Virus record (IMG/VR): IMGVR_UViG_2585427792_000002
DNA from: a virus
Lineage: Duplodnaviria; Heunggongvirae; Uroviricota; Caudoviricetes
DNA: 29,926 nt
Direction: 5' to 3' (one strand)
In this document: positions 15,932 to 25,829 of the stretch, in pieces
Layout: each line of letters opens with the position of its first letter
How positions within the stretch are numbered: the stretch's first letter is position 1
Translations under genes and position numbers: made by a program
The notes under the pieces: model-generated
What the model saw: the letters and a program-made list of their open reading frames with translations, nothing else
The model's database searches: none
What the model was told of the DNA's origin: nothing

Positions 15932-17152
15932 ATGAAATATTTTTTCAATACCCGGCTGGGGGAAACCCGCTATCAGCTGGCTGACGGCTCGTTGCTGTGC
16001 AAAGACGTGCCGATAGGACGAACAGGTAAGCAGCTCTATGGTGCTGATGACCTGCCAAAACTGAAACCCGATAAGTTCGGTGAAATAGTCGTCACGCGTT
16101 CTCCTGAGCAGGTATTCCATCCCGCCACGCTTGCCTCATTCGAAGGAATGAGTATCACGGTGTTGCATCCCGAGGATGAAAACGGGGATGTGCGGCTGGT
16201 GAATCCAGAGAACTGGAAAGAGCTCGCGGTCGGGCATCTTCAGAATGTCCGGCGCGGGACGGGTGTGCAGTCTGATTTGATGCTGGCTGACCTTATCGTC
16301 AAAGACGAAAACGCCATTCAGCTGATCGAAGATGGCCTGCGCGAAGTGTCGTGTGGCTATGACGCGGAATATAAGCAGACTGAGCCGGGTAAGGCTGAGC
16401 AGGTTGATATTACCGGAAACCATGTGGCTCTTGTCCCTAAAGGCAGAGCCGGAAATCGTTGTGCAATTGGAGACAGAGACACAATGGCAAATCAAAAGAA
16501 AAGCTGGTGGACCCGCATGCGCACGGCCATCAAAACGGGTGACGCTGACACCATGAACGAACTGGTGGAGTCGGCTCCCGCATCGGTTACAGGAGATGAG
16601 GGGGATTTGCCGCAGGGCGTTAATCTCAACATCAACCTGTCCCCGCAGCAACCGCTACCGGACAAAGCACCAGAGATGGGCGGAGGTCCAACGGGCGACA
16701 GTGATGATGACCTCAAAACATTACTGAAAGCCCTGCTGGCTAAGCTGGAAGGAAATGCGACGGGCGATAACGACAATAAGCCTGACGATAATCCGACCGG
16801 TGACGGCGAGGACGATGAAGAGGAAACCACGATTACTGGTGACTCAGCCTGGCGTGCCGAAGTTATCGTTCCGGGTATTGATCTGAGCCGTAAGATGAAA
16901 CCGACCGCGTTCAAACGTGAGGTTCTGGCTTCTGCTGACAAAACGCTGGTTCGCCAGATAGTCGGTGATGCGGATATCCGCAAATTGCCGAAACAATCAG
17001 TCGACATGGCGTTTAATGCCGTGTCTGAGATTGCCAAAGGGCGAAACACCCGCGCCACCACCGGCGATGCACAGCGCCCAAATATGGGCATGACCAGTAT
17101 CGCTTCCCTGAACAAACAAAACGCTGAATTCTGGGCAAACCGTAAAGGGTAA
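15932..17152 (+). CDS. Putative prohead protease / scaffold fusion protein (406 aa)
   Basis: Position between head-morphogenesis and capsid genes; highly acidic, low-complexity middle region (GDSDDD..., DGEDDEEE) typical of scaffolding domains. Confidence 0.5.
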   Translation: MKYFFNTRLGETRYQLADGSLLCKDVPIGRTGKQLYGADDLPKLKPDKFGEIVVTRSPEQVFHPATLASFEGMSITVLHPEDENGDVRLVNPENWKELAVGHLQNVRRGTGVQSDLMLADLIVKDENAIQLIEDGLREVSCGYDAEYKQTEPGKAEQVDITGNHVALVPKGRAGNRCAIGDRDTMANQKKSWWTRMRTAIKTGDADTMNELVESAPASVTGDEGDLPQGVNLNINLSPQQPLPDKAPEMGGGPTGDSDDDLKTLLKALLAKLEGNATGDNDNKPDDNPTGDGEDDEEETTITGDSAWRAEVIVPGIDLSRKMKPTAFKREVLASADKTLVRQIVGDADIRKLPKQSVDMAFNAVSEIAKGRNTRATTGDAQRPNMGMTSIASLNKQNAEFWANRKG

Positions 17153-17155
17153 AAA

Positions 17156-17662
17156 ATGAATAATGTATTTCTGTACCGGATGCCTGTTGGCATTGCCGGG
17201 GCTGTCTCTCGCCCGCAGGACTTAACCGTCGAACCGGTGGTCCTTAAATCCGATAACGCCTTTGCTGCCTATGGGCTGGCTGGTAAATACGATGATGACG
17301 GTTTTTTCGTGCCGCTGGCAGATGGTGATACCGCAGACAAGGTGAAGGGGATCTACGTGCGCCCTTATCCGACCACGTCGCAGCCGGACATGGTTCGCCA
17401 GGTGGGAACAGGCAAGAACTTCCCGGGCGACGCAATGAAGCGTGGCTACGTGACCGTTAATCTCGGTTCTGATTTTGATGCCAGCACCATCAAAAAAGGC
17501 GACCCGGTATACGTTGTCGTCTCCACTGATGAATCCATCAAAGTGCCGCTGGGTGGATTCATGGCCACGTCAGTCAGTGGCAAAAACGTGGTGCTGACCA
17601 ACGCTGAATTCACAGGTGCCGGTGATGCTAACGGCAATGCAGAAATTTCCTGGAAGATTTAA
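17156..17662 (+). CDS. Head-associated protein (possible decoration/cement protein, 168 aa)
   Basis: Compact ORF immediately upstream of the major capsid gene; assignment by position only. Confidence 0.45.
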   Translation: MNNVFLYRMPVGIAGAVSRPQDLTVEPVVLKSDNAFAAYGLAGKYDDDGFFVPLADGDTADKVKGIYVRPYPTTSQPDMVRQVGTGKNFPGDAMKRGYVTVNLGSDFDASTIKKGDPVYVVVSTDESIKVPLGGFMATSVSGKNVVLTNAEFTGAGDANGNAEISWKI

Positions 17663-17673
17663 GGAACAGACGA

Positions 17674-18615
17674 ATGATTACTTTTGATCAGGCAACCGTT
17701 GACAGCTCTGGTGCCTTTCTCATCGGGGAGCTGGAGCGACTCGACCAGACGCTGAACCTGCCACTGGTGGGGTACACCTGGACCCGCGATATCCAACTGC
17801 GTGAAGATGTCTCCATCGCAGATGACATTTCCAGCTGGACGAATACCAGCTTCGCCGCTGCGGGTACTGGTGCAAATCCGAATGGCAAAAACTGGGTAGG
17901 CAAAGACTCAACCGCTATTGCTGGCGTGAACGTGGATATCGGCAAATCTGGTAACCCGCTGAACCTGTGGGGGATGGAACTTGGCTGGACGGTCATAGAA
18001 TTGCAGGCTGCTCAGCAGGTCGGCCGCCCGATTGATACGCAGAAGTATGACGGTATGCAACTGAAATGGCAGATGGATAACGATGAACAGGTATATGTTG
18101 GCGATTCCGCATTAAACCTGAAAGGCCTTGTTACCCTGGACGGCGTGCCTGTCAACAACGCTGCCAAAACGTGGGCAACCTCAACACCGGACGAAATCCG
18201 CGCAAGCATTAACCAGGTACTGTCTGATGCGTGGGCCGCTTCCGGTTACTCTGTGGTTCCGCGTGATTTGCTGATCCCGCCTGAGCAGTTTGCTCTGTTG
18301 TCCAGCATCATCGTTTCATCTGCGGGTAACCAGTCCCTGTTGACGTACCTTCAGACCAACACCATCAGCTATCACCAGAACGGTATTCCGCTGAATATCC
18401 GCGCGGTTAAATGGCTGAAAGGCCGTGGTGTGGGGAATAAGGATCGCATGGTTGCGTACACCAACGATAAAAAATACGTCCGCTACCCGCTGGTTCCGCT
18501 TCAGAGCGTGCCGGTGCAGTATCGCGGTCTGTATCAGATCGTCACTTACTACGGCAAGCTGGGTGCAGTCGAGCCAGTGTACAAAGAAACCATTTCGTAC
18601 GTTGATGGCATTTAA
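17674..18615 (+). CDS. Major capsid protein (313 aa)
   Basis: Position and size within the head module; followed by a strong GC hairpin. Confidence 0.6.
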   Translation: MITFDQATVDSSGAFLIGELERLDQTLNLPLVGYTWTRDIQLREDVSIADDISSWTNTSFAAAGTGANPNGKNWVGKDSTAIAGVNVDIGKSGNPLNLWGMELGWTVIELQAAQQVGRPIDTQKYDGMQLKWQMDNDEQVYVGDSALNLKGLVTLDGVPVNNAAKTWATSTPDEIRASINQVLSDAWAASGYSVVPRDLLIPPEQFALLSSIIVSSAGNQSLLTYLQTNTISYHQNGIPLNIRAVKWLKGRGVGNKDRMVAYTNDKKYVRYPLVPLQSVPVQYRGLYQIVTYYGKLGAVEPVYKETISYVDGI

Positions 18616-18622
18616 CAGCCAC

Positions 18623-18643
18623 ATGGCCCCCTGGCGGGGCCAT
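18623..18643 (+). promoter_or_regulatory. GC-rich stem-loop immediately 3' of the capsid gene (no U-tract)
   Basis: ATGGCCCC(18623-18630)/GGGGCCAT(18636-18643), 8-bp perfect stem with 5-nt loop; next gene's AAGGA and ATG follow directly. Confidence 0.3.
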
Positions 18644-18656
18644 TAAGGATGACCCG

Positions 18657-18878
18657 ATGGCAAAAAATAATGCAGTAATACACGTACATACCCCGTTTGT
18701 GCTCACGCTTCCCGACGGTTCACGGCGCGAGTTTGTTAAAGGCCGTCATGCTGTGGAGGAAGACGTTGCCACGCACTGGTTCACTCGTGCGCACGCGGAA
18801 GTATCCGTTGGCAAAGCCACAGACGCGCGTAACGAGGTAAAAAATGCCAAAGAATCAAAGTCTGCCAGCGGTAAGTGA
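18657..18878 (+). CDS. Hypothetical small protein (73 aa)
   Basis: ORF with AAGGA Shine-Dalgarno directly after the capsid-gene hairpin. Confidence 0.5.
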   Translation: MAKNNAVIHVHTPFVLTLPDGSRREFVKGRHAVEEDVATHWFTRAHAEVSVGKATDARNEVKNAKESKSASGK

Positions 18879-19251
18879 TTTTCGCCGCGACTTCCCGCAG
18901 TTTGCTGACCCTGCCAAATATCCCGAAGCGCAAATCCAGTTTCGTCTGAATCTGGCCGATGAACTGCTGAGCGAAAACGTCACCGGCAAAAAGTTGTTTC
19001 CGTACTTTGCCGGGTTGTTCGTTGCGCACTACATGACGCTCTGGGCGGCAGACAGCCGGGCGATGCTGGCTGGTGGTTCGGGCGGTTCAACCAATGGTGT
19101 TCAGTCCTCAAAGTCCGTGGATAAGGTAAGCGTCAGTTATGACACCAGCGCGACGCTGAATCCTGATGCAGGTTTCTGGAATAACACCCGATATGGCGCT
19201 GAATTTTATCAGTTGATCACGATGTTCGGTGCAGGCGGTCGCCAGCTATGA
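18844..19251 (+). CDS. Putative head-tail connector / head completion protein (135 aa)
   Basis: Position in the head-to-tail joining block; overlaps the upstream ORF. Confidence 0.5.
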   Translation: MPKNQSLPAVSDFRRDFPQFADPAKYPEAQIQFRLNLADELLSENVTGKKLFPYFAGLFVAHYMTLWAADSRAMLAGGSGGSTNGVQSSKSVDKVSVSYDTSATLNPDAGFWNNTRYGAEFYQLITMFGAGGRQL

Positions 19252-19802
19252 GTTTCAAAAGCGGTGTAACAACGAGGGTGGATAACGCTAAGGCCATTCT
19301 GGATGCGCTCAGGTCGTTAACCAAAAAAGATGTGCTGGTCGGCATCCCTTCGGAAGACAGCGAGCGGGATGATGTTCCGTTTGGTAATGCGGGCATCGGT
19401 TACCTCAACGAATACGGCTCACCAGAGCAGAACATCCCGCCACGACCTCACCTGATCCCCGGCGTTAAATCGGTAGAGGAACAGACGTTGCCGCAGCTCA
19501 AAACAGCGGCGCAGGCTGCGCTTGATGGAAATGCGGCGGGGGCGGAAAGAGCGCTCAACCGCGCCGGAACGCTGGCCGCTAATGGCGTCAGGCGTTACAT
19601 GACTATTACCGGCTTTACACCGCTTGCTGATAGCACCGTTGAAGCCCGCGCGCGTCGAGGGCGTAAAGGGGCGAAAGCGGAACTTGCCCGGCGTGCTGCT
19701 GGCGAATCTCCCGGAACCGATCTGGCGAAACCATTAATTGACACCGGGCAATATCGCAGAGCTATTACCCATGTAGTGAGGGATAAAGATGCCGACTCTT
19801 GA
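19248..19802 (+). CDS. Putative head-tail adaptor protein (184 aa)
   Basis: Overlapping start/stop with neighbours; position between head and tail genes. Confidence 0.5.
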   Translation: MSFKSGVTTRVDNAKAILDALRSLTKKDVLVGIPSEDSERDDVPFGNAGIGYLNEYGSPEQNIPPRPHLIPGVKSVEEQTLPQLKTAAQAALDGNAAGAERALNRAGTLAANGVRRYMTITGFTPLADSTVEARARRGRKGAKAELARRAAGESPGTDLAKPLIDTGQYRRAITHVVRDKDADS

Positions 19803-20178
19803 TGTAACAGATGTGCTTTTTGACCCCGATTTTTGCGACTTCAATTTGTGGGTAACACGCCGAGTGCAAACGGTGGATGAGGACGGGATCGGCAGCGACA
19901 GCGAAGTTAAAAAGCAGTTTGCCGGAGTCGTAACTGTTGATCGCTCTCTGGAAAACCGCCGTATGCAGGCAGGGCAGGTAATCAGCGGTGCAATTCTGAT
20001 TGTGACGACTGAGCGACTGACGCAGGGACAGACTGGCCGTGATGCCGATATCGTGACGTATCAGGGCCGTGATTATCGTGTGACCTTCGTCGACCCGTAT
20101 ACAGCTTATGGTGCCGGATTCGTTCAGGCGCATTGTGAGTTGCTGCCGTTTGATGGGGGAATTCCGGTTGAGCAATAA
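19789..20178 (+). CDS. Putative head completion / tail attachment protein (129 aa)
   Basis: Co-linear overlapping ORF in the head-tail joining block. Confidence 0.5.
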   Translation: MPTLDVTDVLFDPDFCDFNLWVTRRVQTVDEDGIGSDSEVKKQFAGVVTVDRSLENRRMQAGQVISGAILIVTTERLTQGQTGRDADIVTYQGRDYRVTFVDPYTAYGAGFVQAHCELLPFDGGIPVEQ

Positions 20179-20716
20179 CACCAGTACAGAGCGCGGATGG
20201 CTGATACCAACCAGTGGCGATCCGGATTATGACGAAGCGCTCGACAGGCTGTTAAGCCAGTGGATGCGTAACGTTTCCGGTCTGTCTGCCGGGATGGTTC
20301 GCCCGCGCTGGCAGAAAGAGCAGCCGCCACTGCTACCGGCTGAAACGAACTGGTGTGCGTTTGGGGTTATCGGATGGTCAGGTGATGACAGTCCGGCATT
20401 CACCAGACAGACCGATGATGGCTCTAAGCTCTGGCGGCATGAAACGATTGAGTGTATGGCTTCGTTTTATGGTCCGGCGGGGATGGTGTATGCGTCCCGG
20501 TTTCGTGACGGTATATCTGTACCGCAGAACAATGCAGCACTGAATGCGCTGGGGCTGTCTCTTGGCGATTACACAGGTCTGACCCCCTTCCCTGAACTTA
20601 TTAATCAGCAATGGGTCCGCCGCTACGATATGACGGTGCGCCTGCGCCGGAAGGTTGTGCGCGAGTACGGTATTAAATCGCTGGTGGAAGCACCAGTCAT
20701 CTTTTTCGGAGATTAA
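20153..20716 (+). CDS. Putative tail completion / neck protein (start uncertain)
   Basis: ORF-track frame; ATG at 20153 overlaps the upstream gene by 26 nt; the track's 20108 start overlaps further. Confidence 0.45.
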   Translation: MGEFRLSNNTSTERGWLIPTSGDPDYDEALDRLLSQWMRNVSGLSAGMVRPRWQKEQPPLLPAETNWCAFGVIGWSGDDSPAFTRQTDDGSKLWRHETIECMASFYGPAGMVYASRFRDGISVPQNNAALNALGLSLGDYTGLTPFPELINQQWVRRYDMTVRLRRKVVREYGIKSLVEAPVIFFGD

Positions 20717-20719
20717 GCT

Positions 20720-21865
20720 ATGGCACAGGGCTTGCCTGTATCAAACGTTGTTAATGTTGATGTGATCATGTCGCCGCGTGCAGCATCAGGGCGAAATTTT
20801 GGTGCATTACTCATTCTCGGCCCGTCCACAATCATTCCGGTAAGTGAGCGCATTCGCCGTTATTCTGCCGCGGAAGATATTGGAAAAGATTTTGGCGTGG
20901 AATCACCAGAATATAAGGCTGCGCAGGTGTTTTTCTCACAATCACCGAAACCTCAGGAGGTTTTTGTTGGTCGTTGGGTGAAAACGAAGGGTGACAGCGA
21001 ACAGGCCACGCCTGAGACGCTGGAGCAGGCTGTGAATGCCATGCTCGATTATACTTCATGGTATGGGCTGGGGATTGCAGACGATGAAGATATTCCGGAT
21101 GCAGACTGGCTGAAAGTGGCTGCGGCGATCGAATCCTCTTCTGTAAGCCGTATTCTGGCGATTACGACAAGCGATGATAAATGCCTGCAGACTGCATCCA
21201 GCGATGATTTGGCATCAAAACTGAAAACCGCCGGATATTCACGCAGTTTTATTCAGTATTCATCGGGTAATAAATACGCTGCGTTATCTGCATTTGGCCG
21301 GGTATTCACGGTTAATTTCAATGGCAGTAATACCGCGATTACGCTCAAGTTTAAGCAGGAGCCGGGTGTCGGGTATGAAACACTGACAGTCAGCCAGGCA
21401 TCGGCACTTGATGCAAAAAACTGCAATGTATTCGTGTACTACCAGAATGATACGGCTATCCTCCAGCAGGGAGTGATGGCTAACGGCGATTTCTTTGATG
21501 AACGCCACGGCCTGGACTGGTTACAGAATTATGTGCAGACCAACCTCTATAACCTGCTTTATACCAGCACCACGAAAGTTCCCCAGACTGAAGCCGGTAT
21601 TACCCGACTGTTATCAAATGTTGAAAAATCACTGGATCAGGCCGTTCAGAATGGACTGATTGCTCCGGGCGTATGGAACGGGGGCGACCTTGGTCAGTTG
21701 TCATCAGGTGACACACTGCCCAAAGGTTATTACGTATACGCCCAGCCGCTGGATGAACAGGCACAATCAGAACGTGAAGCCCGTAAGGCTCCGGTGATTC
21801 AGGCTGCAATAAAACTTGCAGGCGCGGTTCATTACGCTGACGTACAGATTAATGTTGTTCGCTAA
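20720..21865 (+). CDS. Putative tail sheath-like protein (381 aa)
   Basis: Gene order large (381 aa) - small (146 aa) - chaperone with frameshift - tape measure is typical of sheath-tube-chaperone-TMP in contractile tails; no HMM confirmation. Confidence 0.5.
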   Translation: MAQGLPVSNVVNVDVIMSPRAASGRNFGALLILGPSTIIPVSERIRRYSAAEDIGKDFGVESPEYKAAQVFFSQSPKPQEVFVGRWVKTKGDSEQATPETLEQAVNAMLDYTSWYGLGIADDEDIPDADWLKVAAAIESSSVSRILAITTSDDKCLQTASSDDLASKLKTAGYSRSFIQYSSGNKYAALSAFGRVFTVNFNGSNTAITLKFKQEPGVGYETLTVSQASALDAKNCNVFVYYQNDTAILQQGVMANGDFFDERHGLDWLQNYVQTNLYNLLYTSTTKVPQTEAGITRLLSNVEKSLDQAVQNGLIAPGVWNGGDLGQLSSGDTLPKGYYVYAQPLDEQAQSEREARKAPVIQAAIKLAGAVHYADVQINVVR

Positions 21866-21875
21866 GGGGAAGTGA

Positions 21876-22316
21876 ATGTCTACCTATTCTTTTATGGATG
21901 TCACTGCGACGCTGACCGGCCCGACCGGTTCGATTGACCTCGGGTACGGTTCTGCAAGTTCTGAAGAGGGGATTGTGGTTGCGATGGGCGGTCCTAAAAA
22001 CACCATGACCATCGGTGCTGATGGTGAAGTGATGCACAGCCTCCATGCAGATAAAAGCGGGACGATTACCGTTAACCTTCTGAAGACATCACCGACAAAT
22101 AAAAAATTGTCGCTGGCGTATAACGCACAGAGCCAGTCTTCTGCCACATGGGGGAATAACGTTATCGTGATCCGCAACAAGGTCAGCGGCGACATCATCA
22201 CGGCACGCAGTGTTGCGTTCCAGAAACAACCGGATAATGCCAACGCTAAAACCGGTAATACGATGCCGTGGGTGTTTGACTGCGGCAAGATTGACCAGGT
22301 TCTCGGGGAGTTTTAA
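21876..22316 (+). CDS. Putative tail tube protein (146 aa)
   Basis: Position directly after the sheath-like gene and before the tail assembly chaperone. Confidence 0.5.
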   Translation: MSTYSFMDVTATLTGPTGSIDLGYGSASSEEGIVVAMGGPKNTMTIGADGEVMHSLHADKSGTITVNLLKTSPTNKKLSLAYNAQSQSSATWGNNVIVIRNKVSGDIITARSVAFQKQPDNANAKTGNTMPWVFDCGKIDQVLGEF

Positions 22317-22319
22317 TAC

Positions 22320-22772
22320 ATGGAGTTCGAAATCAAAGGCGTGAAATATCGCGTGGCAAAACTCAGCGTTTTTGACCAACTGAAAGTGACCCGCAAACTT
22401 CTGCCGGTGCTGGCAGGAATGATGTCAGATTTCGGGAGCATTCGCTCCCGTTTGCCTGCTGATGGCAAAATCGACACCGTGAAATTCGAGCAGTTAAAAC
22501 CGGTGTTTGAAACCATGCTCCCGCGTATCGCTGAGGAACTGTCTTCCCTGACCGAAGATGACACCAGTGCGATTATTCATCCCTGTCTTGCGGTGGTATC
22601 GCGGCGTCATATGGACGGATGGGTTCCGGTATTTACCCAGGGCGAACTGATGTTTGATGATATTGACTTGCTGGTCATGCTGCAGCTGGTGGCGCGGGTG
22701 GTCGCCGATTCGCTGGGAAATTTTTTGCCTACACCCCTTACCAGCACGACGCAGAGCCTGCAACAGGGCTGA
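22320..22772 (+). CDS. Tail assembly chaperone (150 aa); -1 frameshift product predicted to extend to 22960
   Basis: Slippery sequence GGGAAATTTTTTG at 22715-22727 near the 3' end; the -1 frame is open from 22667 to a TGA at 22958-22960, overlapping the tape-measure start. Arrangement analogous to lambda G/GT. Confidence 0.6.
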   Translation: MEFEIKGVKYRVAKLSVFDQLKVTRKLLPVLAGMMSDFGSIRSRLPADGKIDTVKFEQLKPVFETMLPRIAEELSSLTEDDTSAIIHPCLAVVSRRHMDGWVPVFTQGELMFDDIDLLVMLQLVARVVADSLGNFLPTPLTSTTQSLQQG

Positions 22773-22949
22773 CGTTTAACAGCCTGCCGGACGGGCTGTC
22801 CTACCTTCTCAATCCGGTTGACGCCGGGTTAATTCCTTATACAGCACTTAAAGATGGCTCTGTCGATTTGTACGATATTGCTCTTTTGAATGACCATCTG
22901 GCGGTAAAAGCGGATAACCAGCGGCGCATTGAGAAATGGAGAGAGGATA

Positions 22950-24938
22950 ATGAACGCTGAAACTATTAAAGATTTCCTCGTCTCGCTTGGCTTCAGTGTG
23001 GATGATGCAGGAGCGAAAAAGTTCGGTTCTGTCCTCGCCGGTACAACTGCAAATGTCATCAAAATGGGGCTGGCCGTTGAAGGAGCCGCGCTGTCCGTGG
23101 TGGCCTTCACGGCTAAGATCGCCTCCGGTCTGGATAATCTTTACTGGGCGTCACAGCGCACTGGAGCGACAGTCCAGGGAATTCAGTCTATTGGCTATGC
23201 GGTTTCGCAGGTTGGCGGCAGCGTGGACGCTGCGCGATCTTCTCTGGAAAGCCTCTCCCGGTTTATTCGTAATAATCCCGGTGCAGAGGGATTTCTGAAT
23301 CGCCTGGGGGTACAGACACGGGATGCCAGCGGTAACATGCGTGACATGGCCGCTATTTTTACAGGTGTAGGCCAGAAGCTCAGCGGCATGCCGTATTACC
23401 GGGCTAACCAGTATGCGCAGATGCTGGGCATTGACGAAAATACCCTTATGGCGATGCGTCGGGGTGTGGGTGGTTTCTCCGGGCAGTACAGCGCAATGGC
23501 GAAAGCTATCGGCTTCAATGCTGACGAGGCGGCCAGAAGCTCCAACAAATTTATGACCTCCCTGCGTGAGTTTAGCGCGATGGCAGGCATGGCCCGTGAC
23601 AAAATCGGCTCTAATCTTGCGGGTGGGCTTGCGGGTTCGCTGGACCCCCTGCGCCGCCATATCCTGGACAACTTCCCTCGTATCGAGCTGACCCTGACGA
23701 AAGCCATAAAAGGCATTCTGGCGCTCGGGGATATTATCGGGCGGCTGTTCTTCAGACTGATTGAAGGAACATCAGGTCTCATCACCTGGTGGCAATCGCT
23801 GGATAAGCAAACGCGGCAGTTGATCTCGCTGTTTGGCGCACTGACGATTGCGCTGCGCATTCTGAACAGTACGTTCTGGATGTCGCCGATTGGCCTTATT
23901 ACTGCGCTGGCGGCGGGGATTGCCCTTCTGTGGGAGGACTATCAGACCTGGAAGGAAGGCGGCGACAGCCTGATTGACTGGGGCAAGTGGAAACCGGAGG
24001 TCGATGCCGCGTTGAAGATGGTTCGTGACCTTAAAACAACCGTTAACGACCTGGCGAAAGCGCTGGCGAAACTGCTCAATATTGACCCCAAATCATGGTC
24101 CCTGAAGTGGGATTTCAGCAACTTCATCGACCAGATGGGCGAATTCAGCAAAATGCTGAACATGATCGCCGACCTGCTCAACGCTATCAAAGATGGCCGC
24201 TGGGCTGATGCCGTCAGCATCAGCAAACAGATACTTAATCAGGGCAGCGAAAATCCGTCAGCGATGCCGATGGTTACAGACAGCGCTAACAGTACTGCCG
24301 ACTGGATTAAAGAGCACTGGGGATTCGATCCTCGCAGCGTGGGCCGGACGGTACGCGGCTGGTTTGGTGATGATGAGCCGGAACAATATGCACAGGCTAC
24401 GAAACGAGGAGAACGGAATAACAATCCGGGAAACCTTAATTTTGCTGGTCAGGCAGGGGCTTCTCTTGAACGCCCGGGCGGGCGATTTGCCAGATTTGAA
24501 ACTGCTTTTGATGGATTACGGGCTCTTGCTCGTCAGTTAATGCTGTACGCCGGACGGGGAATAAACAGTGTGGAGAAAATTATCTCTACCTGGGCACCTG
24601 CGTCTGATAATAACAACACAACTGCGTATATCAGGGCTGTATCGCAACGACTGGGAGTGGATCCCCGGGCTGCCCTGAATATGAGCGATCCGCAAACCAT
24701 GTCAGCATTGATGAGCAGCATTATCCAGCATGAAAATGGAAGAAATATCTATTCCCGAGAGCTGATTAATAAGGCTGCCGTGGCAGGAATTAGTGGCAAA
24801 GTGACAGAGGTTAACCAGCAAAATACCTACCACATTTACGGTGGCGGAGATCCGCACGCTGTCGGTAATGAGGTTGCACGTCGGCAACAGTCTGCAAATG
24901 CTCAGGTCATGCGAAGTAATCAGGTGAGGGTGGGTTAG
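22950..24938 (+). CDS. Tail tape measure protein (662 aa)
   Basis: Largest gene in the tail block, directly after the frameshift chaperone; Ala/Gly-rich helical N-terminal part with hydrophobic segments; ATG at 22950 preceded by GAGAGG. Confidence 0.7.
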   Translation: MNAETIKDFLVSLGFSVDDAGAKKFGSVLAGTTANVIKMGLAVEGAALSVVAFTAKIASGLDNLYWASQRTGATVQGIQSIGYAVSQVGGSVDAARSSLESLSRFIRNNPGAEGFLNRLGVQTRDASGNMRDMAAIFTGVGQKLSGMPYYRANQYAQMLGIDENTLMAMRRGVGGFSGQYSAMAKAIGFNADEAARSSNKFMTSLREFSAMAGMARDKIGSNLAGGLAGSLDPLRRHILDNFPRIELTLTKAIKGILALGDIIGRLFFRLIEGTSGLITWWQSLDKQTRQLISLFGALTIALRILNSTFWMSPIGLITALAAGIALLWEDYQTWKEGGDSLIDWGKWKPEVDAALKMVRDLKTTVNDLAKALAKLLNIDPKSWSLKWDFSNFIDQMGEFSKMLNMIADLLNAIKDGRWADAVSISKQILNQGSENPSAMPMVTDSANSTADWIKEHWGFDPRSVGRTVRGWFGDDEPEQYAQATKRGERNNNPGNLNFAGQAGASLERPGGRFARFETAFDGLRALARQLMLYAGRGINSVEKIISTWAPASDNNNTTAYIRAVSQRLGVDPRAALNMSDPQTMSALMSSIIQHENGRNIYSRELINKAAVAGISGKVTEVNQQNTYHIYGGGDPHAVGNEVARRQQSANAQVMRSNQVRVG

Positions 24939-25525
24939 TGGATATTCTCTCTACACTTTTTCATCAGCAGAGCAGAAAAATAGGAATGATTGTTCCCAGT
25001 GTTGTTATTTCAGAGAAGCATACAGATATGCTTGAAATAACAGAGCATCCGGTAGAGGTCGGGGCTGCTGTCGCTGATCATGCCTATAAAAAACCGTCAG
25101 AAGTGGTGATGGAGGTTGGTTTCGCCGGTGGCGGCGCATTGCTGGATTTTGCCAGTAACCTGACGGCTACCAGCCTGCTCGGCCTGAGTCCTCAGCAGAC
25201 GTATCAGGAGCTACTGGATCTGCAGGAAAGCCGTATCCCCTTCGATGTGGTAACCGGTAAACGGCTGTACAGCAACATGTTGATCCGGGCGCTGGAAGTG
25301 ACGACGGACAAGACAACCGAAAACGTCCTGTCCGCCGTCCTCACCCTGAGGGAGGTCCTTATCTCCCGGACACAGCAGATCACCGTCGCTGATAAAACCA
25401 ACATGAAGGAAGGGGCCAGCACGTCGGCGGTACAGAACAGCGGCAACAAAACCACAAAGCCTCCAGATACTTCACTGCTGAAAAGCATCACGGGTAACGT
25501 GGTGTCATTACTGGGAGGCGGATAA
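24938..25525 (+). CDS. Tail protein (post-tape-measure), family undetermined
   Basis: ORF-track ORF with GTG start overlapping the tape-measure stop; an alternative internal ATG is 16 codons downstream (24986). Confidence 0.45.
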   Translation: MDILSTLFHQQSRKIGMIVPSVVISEKHTDMLEITEHPVEVGAAVADHAYKKPSEVVMEVGFAGGGALLDFASNLTATSLLGLSPQQTYQELLDLQESRIPFDVVTGKRLYSNMLIRALEVTTDKTTENVLSAVLTLREVLISRTQQITVADKTNMKEGASTSAVQNSGNKTTKPPDTSLLKSITGNVVSLLGGG

Positions 25526-25827
25526 TGACAATTCAGGAAATTCCGCTGACAGCGGACAACCAGCAGTTCAGCATCGTCCTGGGTGGTGTCACCTGGCGGA
25601 TTAGCATCATATGGCGCGATCCTTACTGGATTATGGACCTGCAGAACGACAGAGGGGAGCCGGTAATCTCCGGTATACCTCTCGTCACTGGCGCTGACCT
25701 GCTGGCGCAGTACGCCTGTATGGGACTTGGTTTTAAGCTGTTGGTGGTCTGCGATGACAACACACAGGATTATCCCACGAAAACTGACCTGGGCGGGCGC
25801 AGTCATTTACTGGTATCAACGGAGTAA
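25525..25827 (+). CDS. Small tail/baseplate-associated protein (100 aa)
   Basis: Start overlaps the upstream stop; position in the distal tail block. Confidence 0.45.
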   Translation: MTIQEIPLTADNQQFSIVLGGVTWRISIIWRDPYWIMDLQNDRGEPVISGIPLVTGADLLAQYACMGLGFKLLVVCDDNTQDYPTKTDLGGRSHLLVSTE

Positions 25828-25829
25828 GC

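Noticed and set aside
16492-17193. Long minus-strand ORF (233 aa) antisense to the protease/scaffold gene
   Set aside because: Ser/Pro/Ala-rich low-complexity translation typical of antisense frames of GC-rich, acidic-repeat coding sequence; the sense gene fits the head-module gene order.
23151-23860. Minus-strand ORFs (169 and 154 aa) inside the tape-measure gene
   Set aside because: Antisense shadows within a long GC-rich gene; Arg/Ser/Pro-rich composition; no start signals.
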